This document shows positions 28,451 through 41,130 of a stretch of 64,000 nt of DNA, one piece after another (position 1 is the first letter of the stretch; each line of letters begins with the position of its first letter). Source of the DNA: Geosiphon pyriformis uo1 (lineage: Eukaryota > Fungi > Glomeromycota); contig JAAOMT010000602.1 in assembly GCA_016748015.1 (NCBI GenBank), forward strand, positions 571,696 to 635,695, in the 5' to 3' direction. The translations under genes and the position numbers were made by a program. The notes under the pieces were generated by a model, which was not told the origin of the DNA, ran no database searches, and was given only the letters and a program-made list of their open reading frames with translations.

Positions 28451-29153
28451 TTTAATTTAACATGTTGATGTCAATGATAATGATTAGTTCTAGATTTCAT
28501 GGAATCTCATCTGATTGAACTAGTATTCTCTGTACTCTTAATTGTGAAATATTACTGGTGGATAATGATATTATATAGTAATGTGGTTTTAGTTAATCAC
28601 TATGTGCTGCTTTGATTAAGATTTTGTTGTTTCATCTTAATTTGTAAGCTCTATTTCCAAGAATTTCTTCTATGTGAAATGGTCTGTTCTATTTGAAGTC
28701 AAATTTTCTACTCTATTGTTTTTTTGCTTTGGTATAATGTAAGAGTACTTTGTCTCCAATCCTGAATTTAACTAGTTTATTTTGTAGTTGGTTATTATGT
28801 CTTTTTTTTTGTTTTTCTTGTGACTTTTAAATATTATTAACTGCTCTTTGCCATTTGTTTTCTAGTGTTTACATTAAATCATATGTTTTTTTCAACAATG
28901 TTTCTTGGAAATTGTCTTCTGTTATTGGTTCAGTTAGATATATGCTGACTTCTATCTCTATTGGTAATGTTGTTATTCTATCATATACTAATTCAAATGG
29001 TGTTGCTTGTATAGTGTCTTGCTTCATTGTTTAATAAGCAAATAATACTGATGGTATAAACAAATTCTATTCATCCTGGTTTTTTTGGCTGATCTTGGCT
29101 ATTGCTTCACACAATGTTTTATTGAATCTTTTAATTAACTCATTTGTTTGTAA
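28451..29153 (-). pseudogene. Integrase of F, C-terminal half
   Basis: RFNKTLCEAIAKISQKNQDE; TPFELVYDR; KFRIGDKVLL. Confidence 0.85.
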
Positions 29154-30124
29154 TGTTACCAGACGAAATTAGAGATATTATTTAGCATGAAATTATTTTT
29201 ATAATTCCTATCATTAATTAGCATATATTATCATTTCAAATTATCACTTATTACATTAGCAAAATGTCCGAAATTATTATTTAATTAATAATCCAATTTG
29301 TATATAACACAAATGTAATCTAATTGCAATGATCAATCATGCAATACCCCAAAATATGTAACATTCAAAAGTTCGCCAAAATTTGTAGAAATTTGCCAAA
29401 ATAATTGATAGTTTACTGAAATATCTAATAGTTCACAGAAATAACTTGTAATTTACTGAAATGTATCTTTAGTTCAGCAAAATTGTAGAAAAGAGCAAAG
29501 TTCAAGTTCATGGAATAGTGTTACAACAAGTTGTATAAAAAAAGAGCTTTTCTCTTCGAGAAAATATATCTTACTTTAGATTTATCACTTAGAACCATTC
29601 CTATACACACAAAAAGAAATAAAAATCAAATAATTTAAAAAACCAAATTCTTTAATTATTGCACTTGAAAAATTCCCAAAACCCAACTAATGTTTTAAAA
29701 TTGATTAGCTACCAATTTCAGTAAACTGTAGTGACTCCAGGCCTGGATAGAAAACGTTTCTCTTGACAAAATTCTATTTCTTTTACATTTTTTTTATTTT
29801 CTTTCTTTTATTTTCTTATTATAATCATTAGAATAGCCTACAGACGAGATTTCTGTAGAAGAGTTGACTTTCACAGCAAAGTAACTACACATTTTTAGTG
29901 AGCTTCCAGATGAGCAATTTCTGGAAAAGAGTTGATATTTACTACAACATAACTACACAAAGCAACTGGCCATTACACTTATAAGCCCAGCAGTTCAAAT
30001 TATAGGAGATAATTTGAAGATAAAATTCAGTTATTAGAGGTTCAAACACTTCCCATAGTTGTGAATTAACAGCACTACAACAAACATACAAGAGCTAAGA
30101 AGAGACCAAAAACCTCCAGTAACA

Positions 30125-30138
30125 TTTGGTGCTCTTTT
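30125..30138 (+). promoter_or_regulatory. Primer-binding site of G (TT-TGGTGCTC...)
   Basis: Directly after the 5' LTR; same motif after the LTRs ending at 1358, 8429, 12622, 14057 and, on the minus strand, 45511 and 47211. Confidence 0.85.
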
Positions 30139-32164
30139 ACGGAAACAACACAGCAAAAACAACTTTAAAGTGGTGACCACACTAGATGCAACAACTCTAA
30201 AGTATTACCAGTCAATTTACACCCACTGCAAGCAAAGATTTAACATTCCAGACAGAATTGAAGTTGTCAAGAAATCAGTATACCAATACATTGAAAACTG
30301 CATTAACAATTATTTTTTTGGAAATTACAATATTTCAGAAGTTAGAAGCAACCTTTACAATAATTTAGTACACTATTCACAGTTGGAAACTGAAGACCTT
30401 AACAGTAAAACACTTACCACTTACTTTCAAGAACTTAATTTTAATATTATCAAGTACTGTGAAAAAACATATCCAGTACAGTCTCAATACTCTATTGATT
30501 TTGAATCAGAGACAGAAACAAGCAACAAAGGCAAACAAAAATTGAAGCAATACTTAAAACCACCCCAAATACTCCAATACTACCAAAAACAACTGCCAAA
30601 CACTTACAAACACCTGAACAAGGAACCAGTTTAAAATTTTTACTTACTATCACATCTTTTCCAGCTTTATTTGCACAAGCACAAACACCTAATTCACTCT
30701 TAAATCGATTTGCAAGACTAGAAGATTTTACATCACCCAGAAGTCCCACCAGACAACAAGAACCTCTTCAAACTAGTTCTAATCTCCTTGACTTTCTAGC
30801 TGAAAATTGAAGTGAACACTCTGAGACAGCAGCAAATGAAGAAAATGATTCTGAAATATCTGAAGAAGAATCAATAAACAATGAAAACGAAGAAAACAAA
30901 ATGACAGCATACATCACAAAAATCCCTGAATTTAATGGAGAAGACATTGAGACCAGTCCCCAAAAATGGCTCGACCAAGTTACTAAAGCTGGAGATGCAA
31001 ATGGATGGAATGCTGCCAGAATGTTAAGAACAATTTTCTACTTTCTCAAAGGAACAGCAGATGAATGGTTTGAAAACTTGACCACCCCTTTTAATGACTG
31101 GACAGCTTTTAAAACTGCCTTCTTAGAACAATTCACTGATAACAACACTTCAATCACACTTTGAAATCATTTTTGCAATATCAAACAAGAACACTTTGAA
31201 TCTGTTATGACTTATATTGGGAAATTCAACAAACTTCTCAGATGAATTCACCAACTTGAAACTAATGATTATTATTCCAATGCTCAAATTTTGGATCAAT
31301 TTATCGCTGGTTTAAAAAATAAACTAATTAAAAAGGTTTGCCCACATGCCCCAAAAGATTTAAACTCTGCCATTCAGCATGCAAAGAGATATGAAATGGC
31401 CATGGAAGAAGCCAATTGTACAAAACTTGTGAACTTAGCCATTGGAGAAACCAGCTCCACAGCTGAAGAGAAAATTGACCAACTTGCAAAGAAAGTTGAA
31501 AACTATTTCACCAACCAACAACAACAGCAACCTGAAAGATATTAACCACCCCAAAGACGGAATCAAAACAACTTCACATCATCCTCTAATAACCAGCCTA
31601 AGAATTGCCATTACTGTGGAATTCCTGGCCACTGGAAAAGAGATTGCAGGAAGCTACAACAAGACCAACAGAATAAGAGTAATTAACATTACTCTTTGCC
31701 ACAACAATCATATTACCAACCATCACTACCATCAGCTTACTATCCACCAAGACTGCAATATTAAACTGACTACTATCAACCTGCTCCACAGCTAATGCAA
31801 CAACAGTATTGACAACTCATTCAACATTACCAAGTACCTGCTTGAAAATTGGTTCAACAAAACCAATTTGCACTACAAAACTGATTCACAACAAACAACA
31901 ACAGAATCAACCCAAATAACCAATTAGTTCCCCAAAATCTAGCTCAGCCAAGACCCACCCATTATCATACTCAACCTAGCTATCTTACAATACCTGAACA
32001 ACAGAATTTTCATCATACTGCACTCTCAAAAGGTAGAGCTGCAGCATGACAACAAAACCCTTCCTATACTCCTACCACAATCCCACCAGCCAGAATTGCT
32101 GAAAATGTCAACCTTTCAAATATATTCCCTTTTAAGTTTGAAGCAAATGAGTCACCATTTCTGC
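30125..32164 (+). pseudogene. gag of G (AUG-less N-extension, first ATG 30901, capsid-like region, CCHC knuckle ~31606, Q/N/P/Y-rich tail)
   Basis: MTAYITKIPEFNGEDIETSPQKWLDQV...LKGTADEWF; CHYCGIPGHWKRDC. Confidence 0.88.
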
Positions 32165-33523
32165 TGTTACCAGAGGTTTTTGGTCTCTTCTTAGCTCTTG
32201 TAAGTTTGTTGTAATGCTGTAAATTCATGATTATGGGAAGTGTTTGAACCTCCAATAACTAAATTTATCTTCAAATTATCTCCTATAATTTGAACTGCTG
32301 AGCTTATAAGTGGAATGGCCAATTCCATGCCAGTTACTTTGTATAGTTATGTTGTAGTAAACATCAACTCTTTCCCAGAAATTGCTTGTCTGAAAGCTCA
32401 CTAAAAATGTGTAGTTACTTTGCTGTGAAAGTCAACTTTTCTACAGAAATTCTTGTTTGTAGGATACCCAAATGATTTATAATAAAAAAAGAAAGAAAAT
32501 AAAGGAAATATAAAAGAAAAAGTAAAACTGATGATTTATGGAAGTCATTTTAGATCCAGGCCTGGAAGTGCTTTAACAGTTTACTGAAATTGGTAGCTAA
32601 TCAATTTCAAACTGTTAGTAGGAATTGGTTAATTTCAAGAGAAATAATTTAAAAATTTGGCTTTTCAAATTTATTTGATATTTTATTTTGTTTTTGTATG
32701 TAAAGAATAATTCTAATTATTAAATCTGAAGTAAGATACATTTTTTCGAAGAGAGAAGCTCTTCTTTTATACAACTTGTCATAACACTATTCTATGAACT
32801 TGAACTTTGCTCTTTTCTACAATTTTGCTGAACTAAAGATATATTTCGGTAAACTACAAGTTATTTCTGCAAACTATTAGATATTTTGGTGAACTATCAA
32901 TTATTTCGGCAAATTTTTACAAATTTTGGCAAACTTTTGAATGTTATATATTTTGGGGTATTGCATGATTGATCATCGCACTTAGGTTACATTTGTGTTA
33001 TGTACCAATTAGGTTATTAGTTAAATAATAATTTCGGACATTTTGCTAATATAATAAGTGATGATTTGAAATAATAATATATGCTAATTAATGATAAGAT
33101 TTATAAGGGTAATTTCATGCTAAACAATATCTCTAATTTTGTCTGGTAACATAACCTTCTCCTCAAGACTGAGCTCTGTCAAAGTCCAAGTACTGTCTGG
33201 GGTAATTCTTGTTGAAAGATGTTATTGTAAATGATTTCAATTTCTAAGTTATTTAATAAAACTATGAGATAATTGTTGGGATTGTAAAAAGTAACTTAGA
33301 CTTTCTTTGTTCCTTCTGGAATATAAATGTTTGGGATTGAGATATTATGTTCCAAGCAGACTTGTTCGTTGGATTCAAAAATTTGTTGTGTGGTTGTTGA
33401 CTTTGGGCAGGTGTAGATTTCTGGATGTTCTCTAAAGGGTGAAATAGTAATTGGTTGTGGAAGTTGTAGAATCTGGTGAGATTCACTTTGTTTATTAAGA
33501 GCTATGTTTACTGGAACTGTGAA

Positions 33524-33960
33524 TCATCCAGTTGAACCAAAACCTTGGGTTCTTCTTTCACTTTTTCCCAATAGTTCTCTTTGATTGACTAATTGTAAAC
33601 CCAAAATGTTGATTAAGGGTAAATAAATAGCTTGAGCAATTTTTTTGGCATGTTCAATTTGAAAAAGTTTATTGGTTTCATTTTGTAACATGATTGTAAT
33701 GTCTCCTGTATATTCCGCATCTATGATTTCTTCTCTAACATTAATTCCTTTGCTCGCCAATAATAATCGTGAAGCAATTTGGACTATTGCCCTTGGTGGG
33801 ATTTTGAGGACAATTTTGAGATTGATTTTTGTGAGTGATTTAGGTTTGAGAGTAAGGGTATCTTTTTCTGGATATCTTAGATTGTATTCAGCATCAATTT
33901 CGTGGGCTTTTTCAGGCTTTATTCTTTGTTTATTGTTGTCAAAGTATTTGAGTTGTGAAG
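33524..33960 (-). pseudogene. dUTPase domain of H
   Basis: AHEIDAEYNL, QIASRLLL, EIIDAEYTGDI, KIAQAI, SERRTQGFGSTG. Confidence 0.92.
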
Positions 33961-36627
33961 CAGGCTGATTTTCAATGAGATAGATGAGTGTTGTTTCAAT
34001 TTCTTCTGTTGCTTTAGGTTCACCAAATTCAATTTTATATTTATCACTTTTGCTGGATAATGGAATGCTAAGGGCATAGCATTCAAGACACCATTGTTTG
34101 TCACATGGCATTATACACTCCTCACATAATTTAATGTTTATTTGCTCTAATTGTTGAATTTGAGCTTTTTGGGTTGGGTAGGTGTGACTTGCAATTTGGT
34201 GGTATACTTCTATTTTATCTTCCTAATCATATCTAGCTAATTCCAATGTATATTCAATATATTCAGCTTCTTTCATTTGAAAGACATCTTCTTTGGTTCC
34301 TCCATTAATTAAAATCATGGCAAGTTTGTAGATCATTTTGGCATCATAGGGGTAGTGATAGAGTTTGCTGAGGGTGCTGTTGTATGCAGTATTGAAAGAT
34401 GTTCCACGTTTTACTTTTTCTGCAATAGAAAGAGCATATTAGCAAGTTTGATCGCAGACTCCTTCTCTAAATGCAACATCAATCCAGTTACATTCATTGG
34501 AAAGCTGCTTTCCACAAGTAAGACAGAGTGTTTTATCTCATTTTCCGCTTCTTTTGATCAAGTGGCCCCATTGTTCTTGATGGCAGGCCTTGCAGTAGTA
34601 GCAGATATGACTTTTATATTCTTCCTCAGGTGAAATACAAGCTCCCATTGACGATAGTTTCTTGTGGCAGTCCTTACATTTAAGGGGAATATAGGGGCGT
34701 TGTTTTTTTGGTTCAGGCTTTGAGTAAGTGATATTCTATCCAGGGGTTTCAGATTCAGAGTGTAGAATAAAATGTTCTTGTTCAGTTTCTTCAGCCCAAT
34801 TGGATGTTGATCCAAAAGTCATGAATGTTTCAATTATTGGTTTTTCTTTTTCTGGTTCGAATTCAAAAGCCAGGGCTTTTTTGGAGCATTTGTTGAATGT
34901 ATCACAAGTGGCAGGTACTCGAACGTGTTGTTCTTGGTAGGAGATTGTTAACTCCTATGTCTCCCAATTCAGATTAGCATTGGCTTTTTGGAGCCAATCG
35001 TTTCTGACGAGAGCTTGGTATTGGGGAGCATCCATAACCAGAACTTTGACTGGAATAGTGATTCCGTCAATTGTGAATGGGAAGTTGTCAATCTCTTCTA
35101 CTGGAGTTTTTTTCATGCTATTAGCAGTAACAATGATTGTCTGAACTGGTCGGTCAACATTTTTTTTTAGCTGCTGCATCAATTGATATGTGATAATGCT
35201 TCCGGCAGATCCACTGTCTAGAATCAAGCGAATTGGCTTTCCTTCTACTTCAGCTTTTGTGTACATTGCAGTGATGGCTTTTTGCTCATTAACCACTGCA
35301 TTATTAAGCAAGAATGGTGATTCATTTGCTTCAAATTCAAAAGGAAATATATCTGAAAGGTTAGCATTTTCAGCAATTCTGGCTGGTAGGATTGTGGTAA
35401 GAATATAAAAAGAATTTTGTTGTTGTGCTGCAGCTCTACCTTCTGAGAGTACAGTATGGTAAAAATCCTGTTTTTCTGGCATTGTAAGATAACTAGATTG
35501 AGTATGATAGTGATTGGGTCTTAGTTGAGCCAAATTTCGGGGAACTAATTGGTTATTCGGATTGATCCTATTGTTGTTTACTTGGTATTGGTTTTGTGGT
35601 ATGAATTGATTTTGTGAAATCAATCTTCGAGCAGGTACTTGATAATGTTGTGTGGGTGGTTGTTGGTATTGCTGTTGGATTGGCTGTGGAGCAGGCTGAT
35701 AATAGTTATTTTGGTATTGGGGTCTTAGTGAATAGTAAGCTGGTGGTGGTGGTTAATAATAAGATTGCTGTGGTAAAGGGTAACGTTGATTACTCCTATT
35801 TTGTTGGTTTCATTGTAGCTTTCTGCAATTACTTTTCCAGTGGCCAGAAATTCTACAATAATGGCAACTCTGAGACTAGTTATTAGAGGATAATGTAAAG
35901 TTGTTTTGATTCTGTCTTTGGGGTGGTTGATATCTTTGGGGTTGCTGTTGTTGTTAGTTGGTAAAATAGTTTTTGACTTTCTTTGCAAGTTGGTCAATTT
36001 TCTCTTCAGCTACAGAGCTGGTTTCTCCAATGGCTAAGTTCACGAGTTTTGTATGATTGGCTTCTTCCATGGCCATTTCATATCTTTTTACATGCTGAAT
36101 GGCAGAGTTTAAATCTTCTGAGGCATGTGGGCAAACCTTTTTAATCAGTTTATCCTTTAAACCAGCAATAAATTGATCCAAGATTTGAGCATCAGAATAA
36201 TAATCATTAGTTTCAAGTTGGCGAATTTGTCTGAAAAGTTTGTTGAATTTCCCAATATAAGTCATAACAGATTTGGAAAGTTTTTGTTTGATATTGCGAA
36301 AACAATTTCGAAAAGTGATTGAGGTGTTGTTATTAGTGAATTGTTCTAAGAAGGCAGTTTTGAAAGCTGTCCAGTCATTAAAAGGGGTGGTCAAGTTTTC
36401 AAATCATTCGCCTACTGTTCCTTTGAGAAAGTAGAAAATTGTTCTTAACATTCTGGCAGCATTCCATCCATTTGCATCTCCAGCTTTAGTAACTTGGTCG
36501 AGCCATTTTTGGGGACTGGTCTCAATGTCTTCTCCATTAAATTCAGGGATTTTTGTGATGTATGCTGTCATTTTGTCTTTTTTGTTTTCACTGTCTATTG
36601 ATTCTTCTTCAGATATTTTAGAGTCGT
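33961..36627 (-). pseudogene. Gag, protease and Cys-rich region of H
   Basis: ATG at 36571; ORFs 35954-36394 (Gag) and 34955-35623 (LILDSGSAGSII protease). Confidence 0.88.
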
Positions 36628-37571
36628 TGTTATTGGAGGTTTTTGGTCTCTTTTCTTAAATGTTGTCAATGCTTGTTTGCTGTAAATTCACGTTTTCTGA
36701 ATGTGGTTGAACCTCCAGTAACTGAATTTATTTTCAAATTATCTCTTATAATTTGAATTGCTGGGCTTATAAGTGGAATGACCAATTCCATGCCAGTTGT
36801 TTTATGTAGTTACATTGTAGTAAATGTCAACTTTTTCCCAGGAAATGCTTGTCTGGAAGCTCACTAAAAATGTGTAGTTACTTTGCTGTGAAAGTCAACT
36901 CTTCTACAGGAATCTTGTCTGTAGGCTACCCTAATGATTATAGTAAGAAAATAAAAAAAAAATAAAAAAATGTAAAAGAAATAGAATTCTGTCAATGGAA
37001 ACGTTTTCTATCCAGGCCTGAAGTCACTAACAGTTTACTGAAATTGGTAGCTAATCAATTTCGAAATGTTAGTTGGGTTTTGGGGATTTTTCCAAGTGCA
37101 ATAATTAAAAAACTTGGTTTTTCAAATTATTTGATATTTATTTCTTTTTGTGTGTATAGAAATGGTTCTAAGTAATAAATCTAAAGTAAGATACATTTTT
37201 TCGAAAAAAGAAGCTCTTCTTTTATACAACTTGTCGTAATACTATTCTATGAACTTGAACTTTACTATTTTCTACAATTTTGCTGAACTAAAGATACATT
37301 TTGGCAAACTACAAGTTATTTCTGCGAACTATTAGATATTTCGATGAACTATCAATTATTTCGGCAAATTTCTACAAATTTCGAACTTTTGAATGTTACA
37401 TAGTTTGGGGTATTGCATGATTGATCATTGCAATTAGGTTACATTTATGTTGTGTACAATTTGGGTTATTAATTAAATGATAATTTCAGACATTTTTGCT
37501 AATATAATAAGTGATAATTTGAAACGATAATATATGCTAATTAATGATAGGAATTATAAGATAATTTCATG

Positions 37572-38291
37572 CTAAATAATATCTCTAATTTCGTCTGGTA
37601 ACATAACCTCCTCCTCAAGACTAAGCTCCGTCGAAATCCAAGTACTGTTTGTTATTTTCAGATGATAATCCAAAATTATTGAAAAAATTTGGTCTGAAAA
37701 TTGTTGAAATTTCAGTTCTGTGAGCTTTCCAATATATTGAATCTTCAAAAGTTGAAAAATTGGGTTTTTTAGTATGTTTTCACAGGTGTGGAATAGGTCA
37801 TAAAGTCTAAGAGCAGCTCTGAGCCTGTAGTGACTGTTTGTTGATCCAGCTGTTGTCTTGAATTCGTTGTGGAGTTGTTTCTGAATAGCTTTTTTTGTGA
37901 GGTTTGCTGTTGTAAGTTCCAGTTTCCATTCGTAGAGTGTTTTTCCAATGTGAAAATATCTATAGATTAGAGGATATTCAGTGTTTTTCTCATTGAGACA
38001 CAGTTAAAGTCTTTGTTGAATTGTAGCATTTGGTGGAATACTAATCGAAGTGAGCATTAGGTTTTCTCTTAAAGCAAGCTTTAAAAGTTCTGGCAGATAA
38101 ATTCCAGTATAACTTCTTGTGTTTTTCTTATATGGATGATATTTTTGTGAATTTGGGGTTAAATTTGTAACTACTTTTGTTTGAGTATAATTAATGTGGT
38201 TTCCAGTAACAGTAATGGATAATTCAGATATTGTTTTTAAAGCTAACATTAGTTTTTGGGATAATTGTTGAATGTTTTGAGAAATAGTTAT
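37572..38291 (-). pseudogene. ORF3 of I, reading through the PPT into the 3' LTR
   Basis: ITISQNIQQLSQKLMLALK...YRLRAALRLYDLFHTCEN...STELSLEEEVMLPDEIRDII*. Confidence 0.75.
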
Positions 38292-38412
38292 TATAAGCAA
38301 TTTGAAATAACAGAAAATTATTTTTGGTGTATGGGTTTTTATGTTATTTTTGTTTTGTTTTTGTGAGATTGTTTCTAAATTATAAGAAGATAACTATAAT
38401 AATAAATTTAAG

Positions 38413-39798
38413 TTAAGTGTTCAAGTTGGGAGGCTGTTCAATAACAACTATTGGTTCTAAATTTCGGGGAATGTCTTTGGGATTGATTAAAGGGGAATGT
38501 GTACCAATTTGTGGAATTAATGGTTCAGGATTGTTTCTGGAATTATAGTGTTTCAAATGATCTTCATGTGCAACTTTTGCTAGAATTTTGTCATCAAGTC
38601 TTAGCTTGTATGATTTGTTGCCTAAAACTTCATGGATAAAGAATGGTCTATCCCATTTATTCTTAAATTTTCCACTCCATTGTTTTTCAGCTTTAATTCT
38701 GTGTAAGAAAACTTTGTTTTCAATTTTAAATTCATTGGTGACTGGAGGCAATTTGTCATCATGCCATTCTTTTTGTTGAGCTTAGAAGTGTTCAATATGG
38801 GTGGCTGCTATTCGTCGTTTTTCTTCCAATGTGTTAAGCAGAGTGTAGGCTCTTCGCTGAAGCATTTCTTGGAAATTGTTTTCATTGATTGGTTGTGCTG
38901 AGTATGTTTCCACTGTGAAACTAATTGGTAATATTGCCATCCTTCCGTAAGTTAAATCAAATGGTGTGTGTTTTGTGGTATCTTGTTTTAGTGTCTTATA
39001 TGCTAGTAACACTGATGGAATAAAGAAATCTTATTCTTGCTCAAAATCGGTTGAAACTTTGGCTAATGATTCACACAATGTTCTGTTGAACCATTCTACA
39101 AGTCCATTTGTTTGTGAATAGTAGGGTGAAGATAATGGTCTCTTGACATTAAATTGTCCACAAATTTCCTGGATTAAATTGTTCACGAAATGTGTTCCTT
39201 GATCAGATAAAAGTTCTATTGGACATCCATGTCTACAAATGATGTCTTTGTAGATGAAGTTTGCTACTGATTTTGCATCTGCCCGTTGAATGGCTCTGGC
39301 TTCAGGCCATTTGGTGAGATAGTCTACGGCTACTGCAATATAACGGTTTCCTTGGTTTGTGATAGGTAGTGGTTCAACTAAATTGATACCAACTCTGTCA
39401 AAAAGCTGTCCAATTTTGATTGGGTTTAAAGATTCTGTAGGGCGAGTTCCTCCTCTTCTTTGACAACTATCACAAGATTCGACATATTCATGAATGTCTT
39501 TTTTCATTCGAGGCCAAAAATAGTATTCTAGTGTTCTTTGGGTGGTGCTGTCTTTTCCGAAGTGGGCTGATGAAAGATCTGAGTGCATGTTGTATAATAT
39601 AGTCACTTTTTTCTGTTCTTGTATTAATCTAAGTGGTTTGTCTGGATTTTTGAAATTTCGATGATAAATAATGTTGTTGTGTAGAAAATATTGTTTGGCT
39701 TGTTGTTGTAGTTGATGTTTTTCATCTGGAGACCAATCTGTTGGGATTGTTAATGTTTCCAAATATTGTTTGAGATCGTTGTAGTTTTCCGAATTCAT
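38413..39798 (-). pseudogene. Integrase of I (separate ORF with its own ATG; no chromodomain)
   Basis: ORF 39031-39798: HSDLSSAHFG..CDSC, VDYLTKWPEA, LSDQGTHF, QTNGLVE; tail KWDRPFFIHEVLG (GPY/F module). Confidence 0.93.
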
Positions 39799-39850
39799 TG
39801 TTTGTTGGCTCTTTTGGTTAGTTAAGTTGAGTGTTGGTTTTTATGTTTTT

Positions 39851-41130
39851 CTAATCTTGTCTCATTCTGGAGAGACAGTCAACATTGGTGTGGAGTTTTC
39901 CTGGTTTGTGATGTACTATGTATTGATAGTTTGCTAGAAATCTTGTCCATCGAGTTTGTTTTGCATTCAGCTGAGTATTTTTGTTCTGAAGCCATTTGAG
40001 TCTAATATTATCAGTGATAATATCAAATTTTTTAGGCCTGAGATAAAAGTTGAAGTGATGTAGAGCCCAAATTACGGCTGCTGTTTTTAGTTCTATGGCA
40101 GGGTAGTTTTTCTCAAGTGGTTTTAATGTTCTGCTAGCATAAGCAATTACTCACTCATTTCTGTTGTCATTTAGTTGTGATAAGATGGCACCAAAGACAG
40201 TATATGAAGCATCTGTAGCTAGTCAAAATTGGTTGCTGAAATCCGGGTAGGCAAGAATTGGAGCTGTTGTCAGTTTTTCCTTGAGAATTCCAAAAGCTTT
40301 TTGGTGTTTGGTAGTCCATTTGTATTTAACGTTTTTGGTGGTAAGCTGGTTGAGGGGTTTTGCAATTTCCGAGAATCTTTTGATAAACTTCCGATAGTAG
40401 GATGCTAATCCTATGAATTCTCTTAGTTCTGTAGTGTTTTGAGGAGTTTTGAAGTTTTTGACAATGCTGATTTTTCCAGGATCTGGTTTGATTCCATCTT
40501 TACTAACAATATGACCAAGGAAAGCCAGGCTTGTTTTTCCAAAGTAGTATTTTTTGATATTGAGTTTTAGTCCTGCTTTTCATAATTGTTGAAAAACTTT
40601 TCACAGGTGTTTTAAGTGTAATTCAAACGATGGAGAATAAACATCAGTATTGTCAAGATAAATGACTACTGACTTCCAAAGAAGTCCTTAGTACACAACA
40701 TCCATTAATCTCTGAAACATTGCTGGTGCATTGCATAATCCAAAAGGCATTACATTAAACTCGTAATTTCTGCCTTGGGTAGTGAATGCTGTTTTGGGGC
40801 AATCATTGGGATCCATAGCAACTTGCCAGTAACTGCTTTCTAAATCTAGTATTGAAAAGTATTTGGATTTTCTAAGAGCATCTAACATGTCATCAATCCA
40901 GGAAAGAGGGTAGGCATCTCCAATTGTAACACTGTTGAGTTGTCGATAGTCAACACAAAATCGGATCTTTCCATTTATCTTTTTAACTAGCACTATAGGT
41001 AAAGCCCAAGGACTCATGGAGGGTTGAATGAGTTCATTGTTAAGCATTTATTGTACTTCTTCTTGAATGAATTGGTGGCTTTCTGGAGCAACTTGATATG
41101 CTTGTTGTCTTCTTGGTTTGGCATCTCCTG
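39851..41130 (-). pseudogene. RT and RNase H of I, ending in TAG at 39851
   Basis: PWALPIVLVKK, RFCVDYRQLN, MPFGLCNAPAMFQ, YLDN, LATDASYT, NYPAIELKTAAVIWAL. Confidence 0.92.

Noticed and set aside
29368-29490. Repeat-spacer-like pattern in the LTR as a mini-CRISPR
   Set aside because: Repeats of ~12 bp and linkers of ~8-10 bp are too short, they are the same in every LTR copy, the context is eukaryotic and there are no cas genes.
33672-35886. Plus-strand ORFs opposite H, and similar antisense ORFs opposite G, I and the LINEs
   Set aside because: Shadow ORFs of the coding strand with no independent motifs or consistent boundaries between copies.
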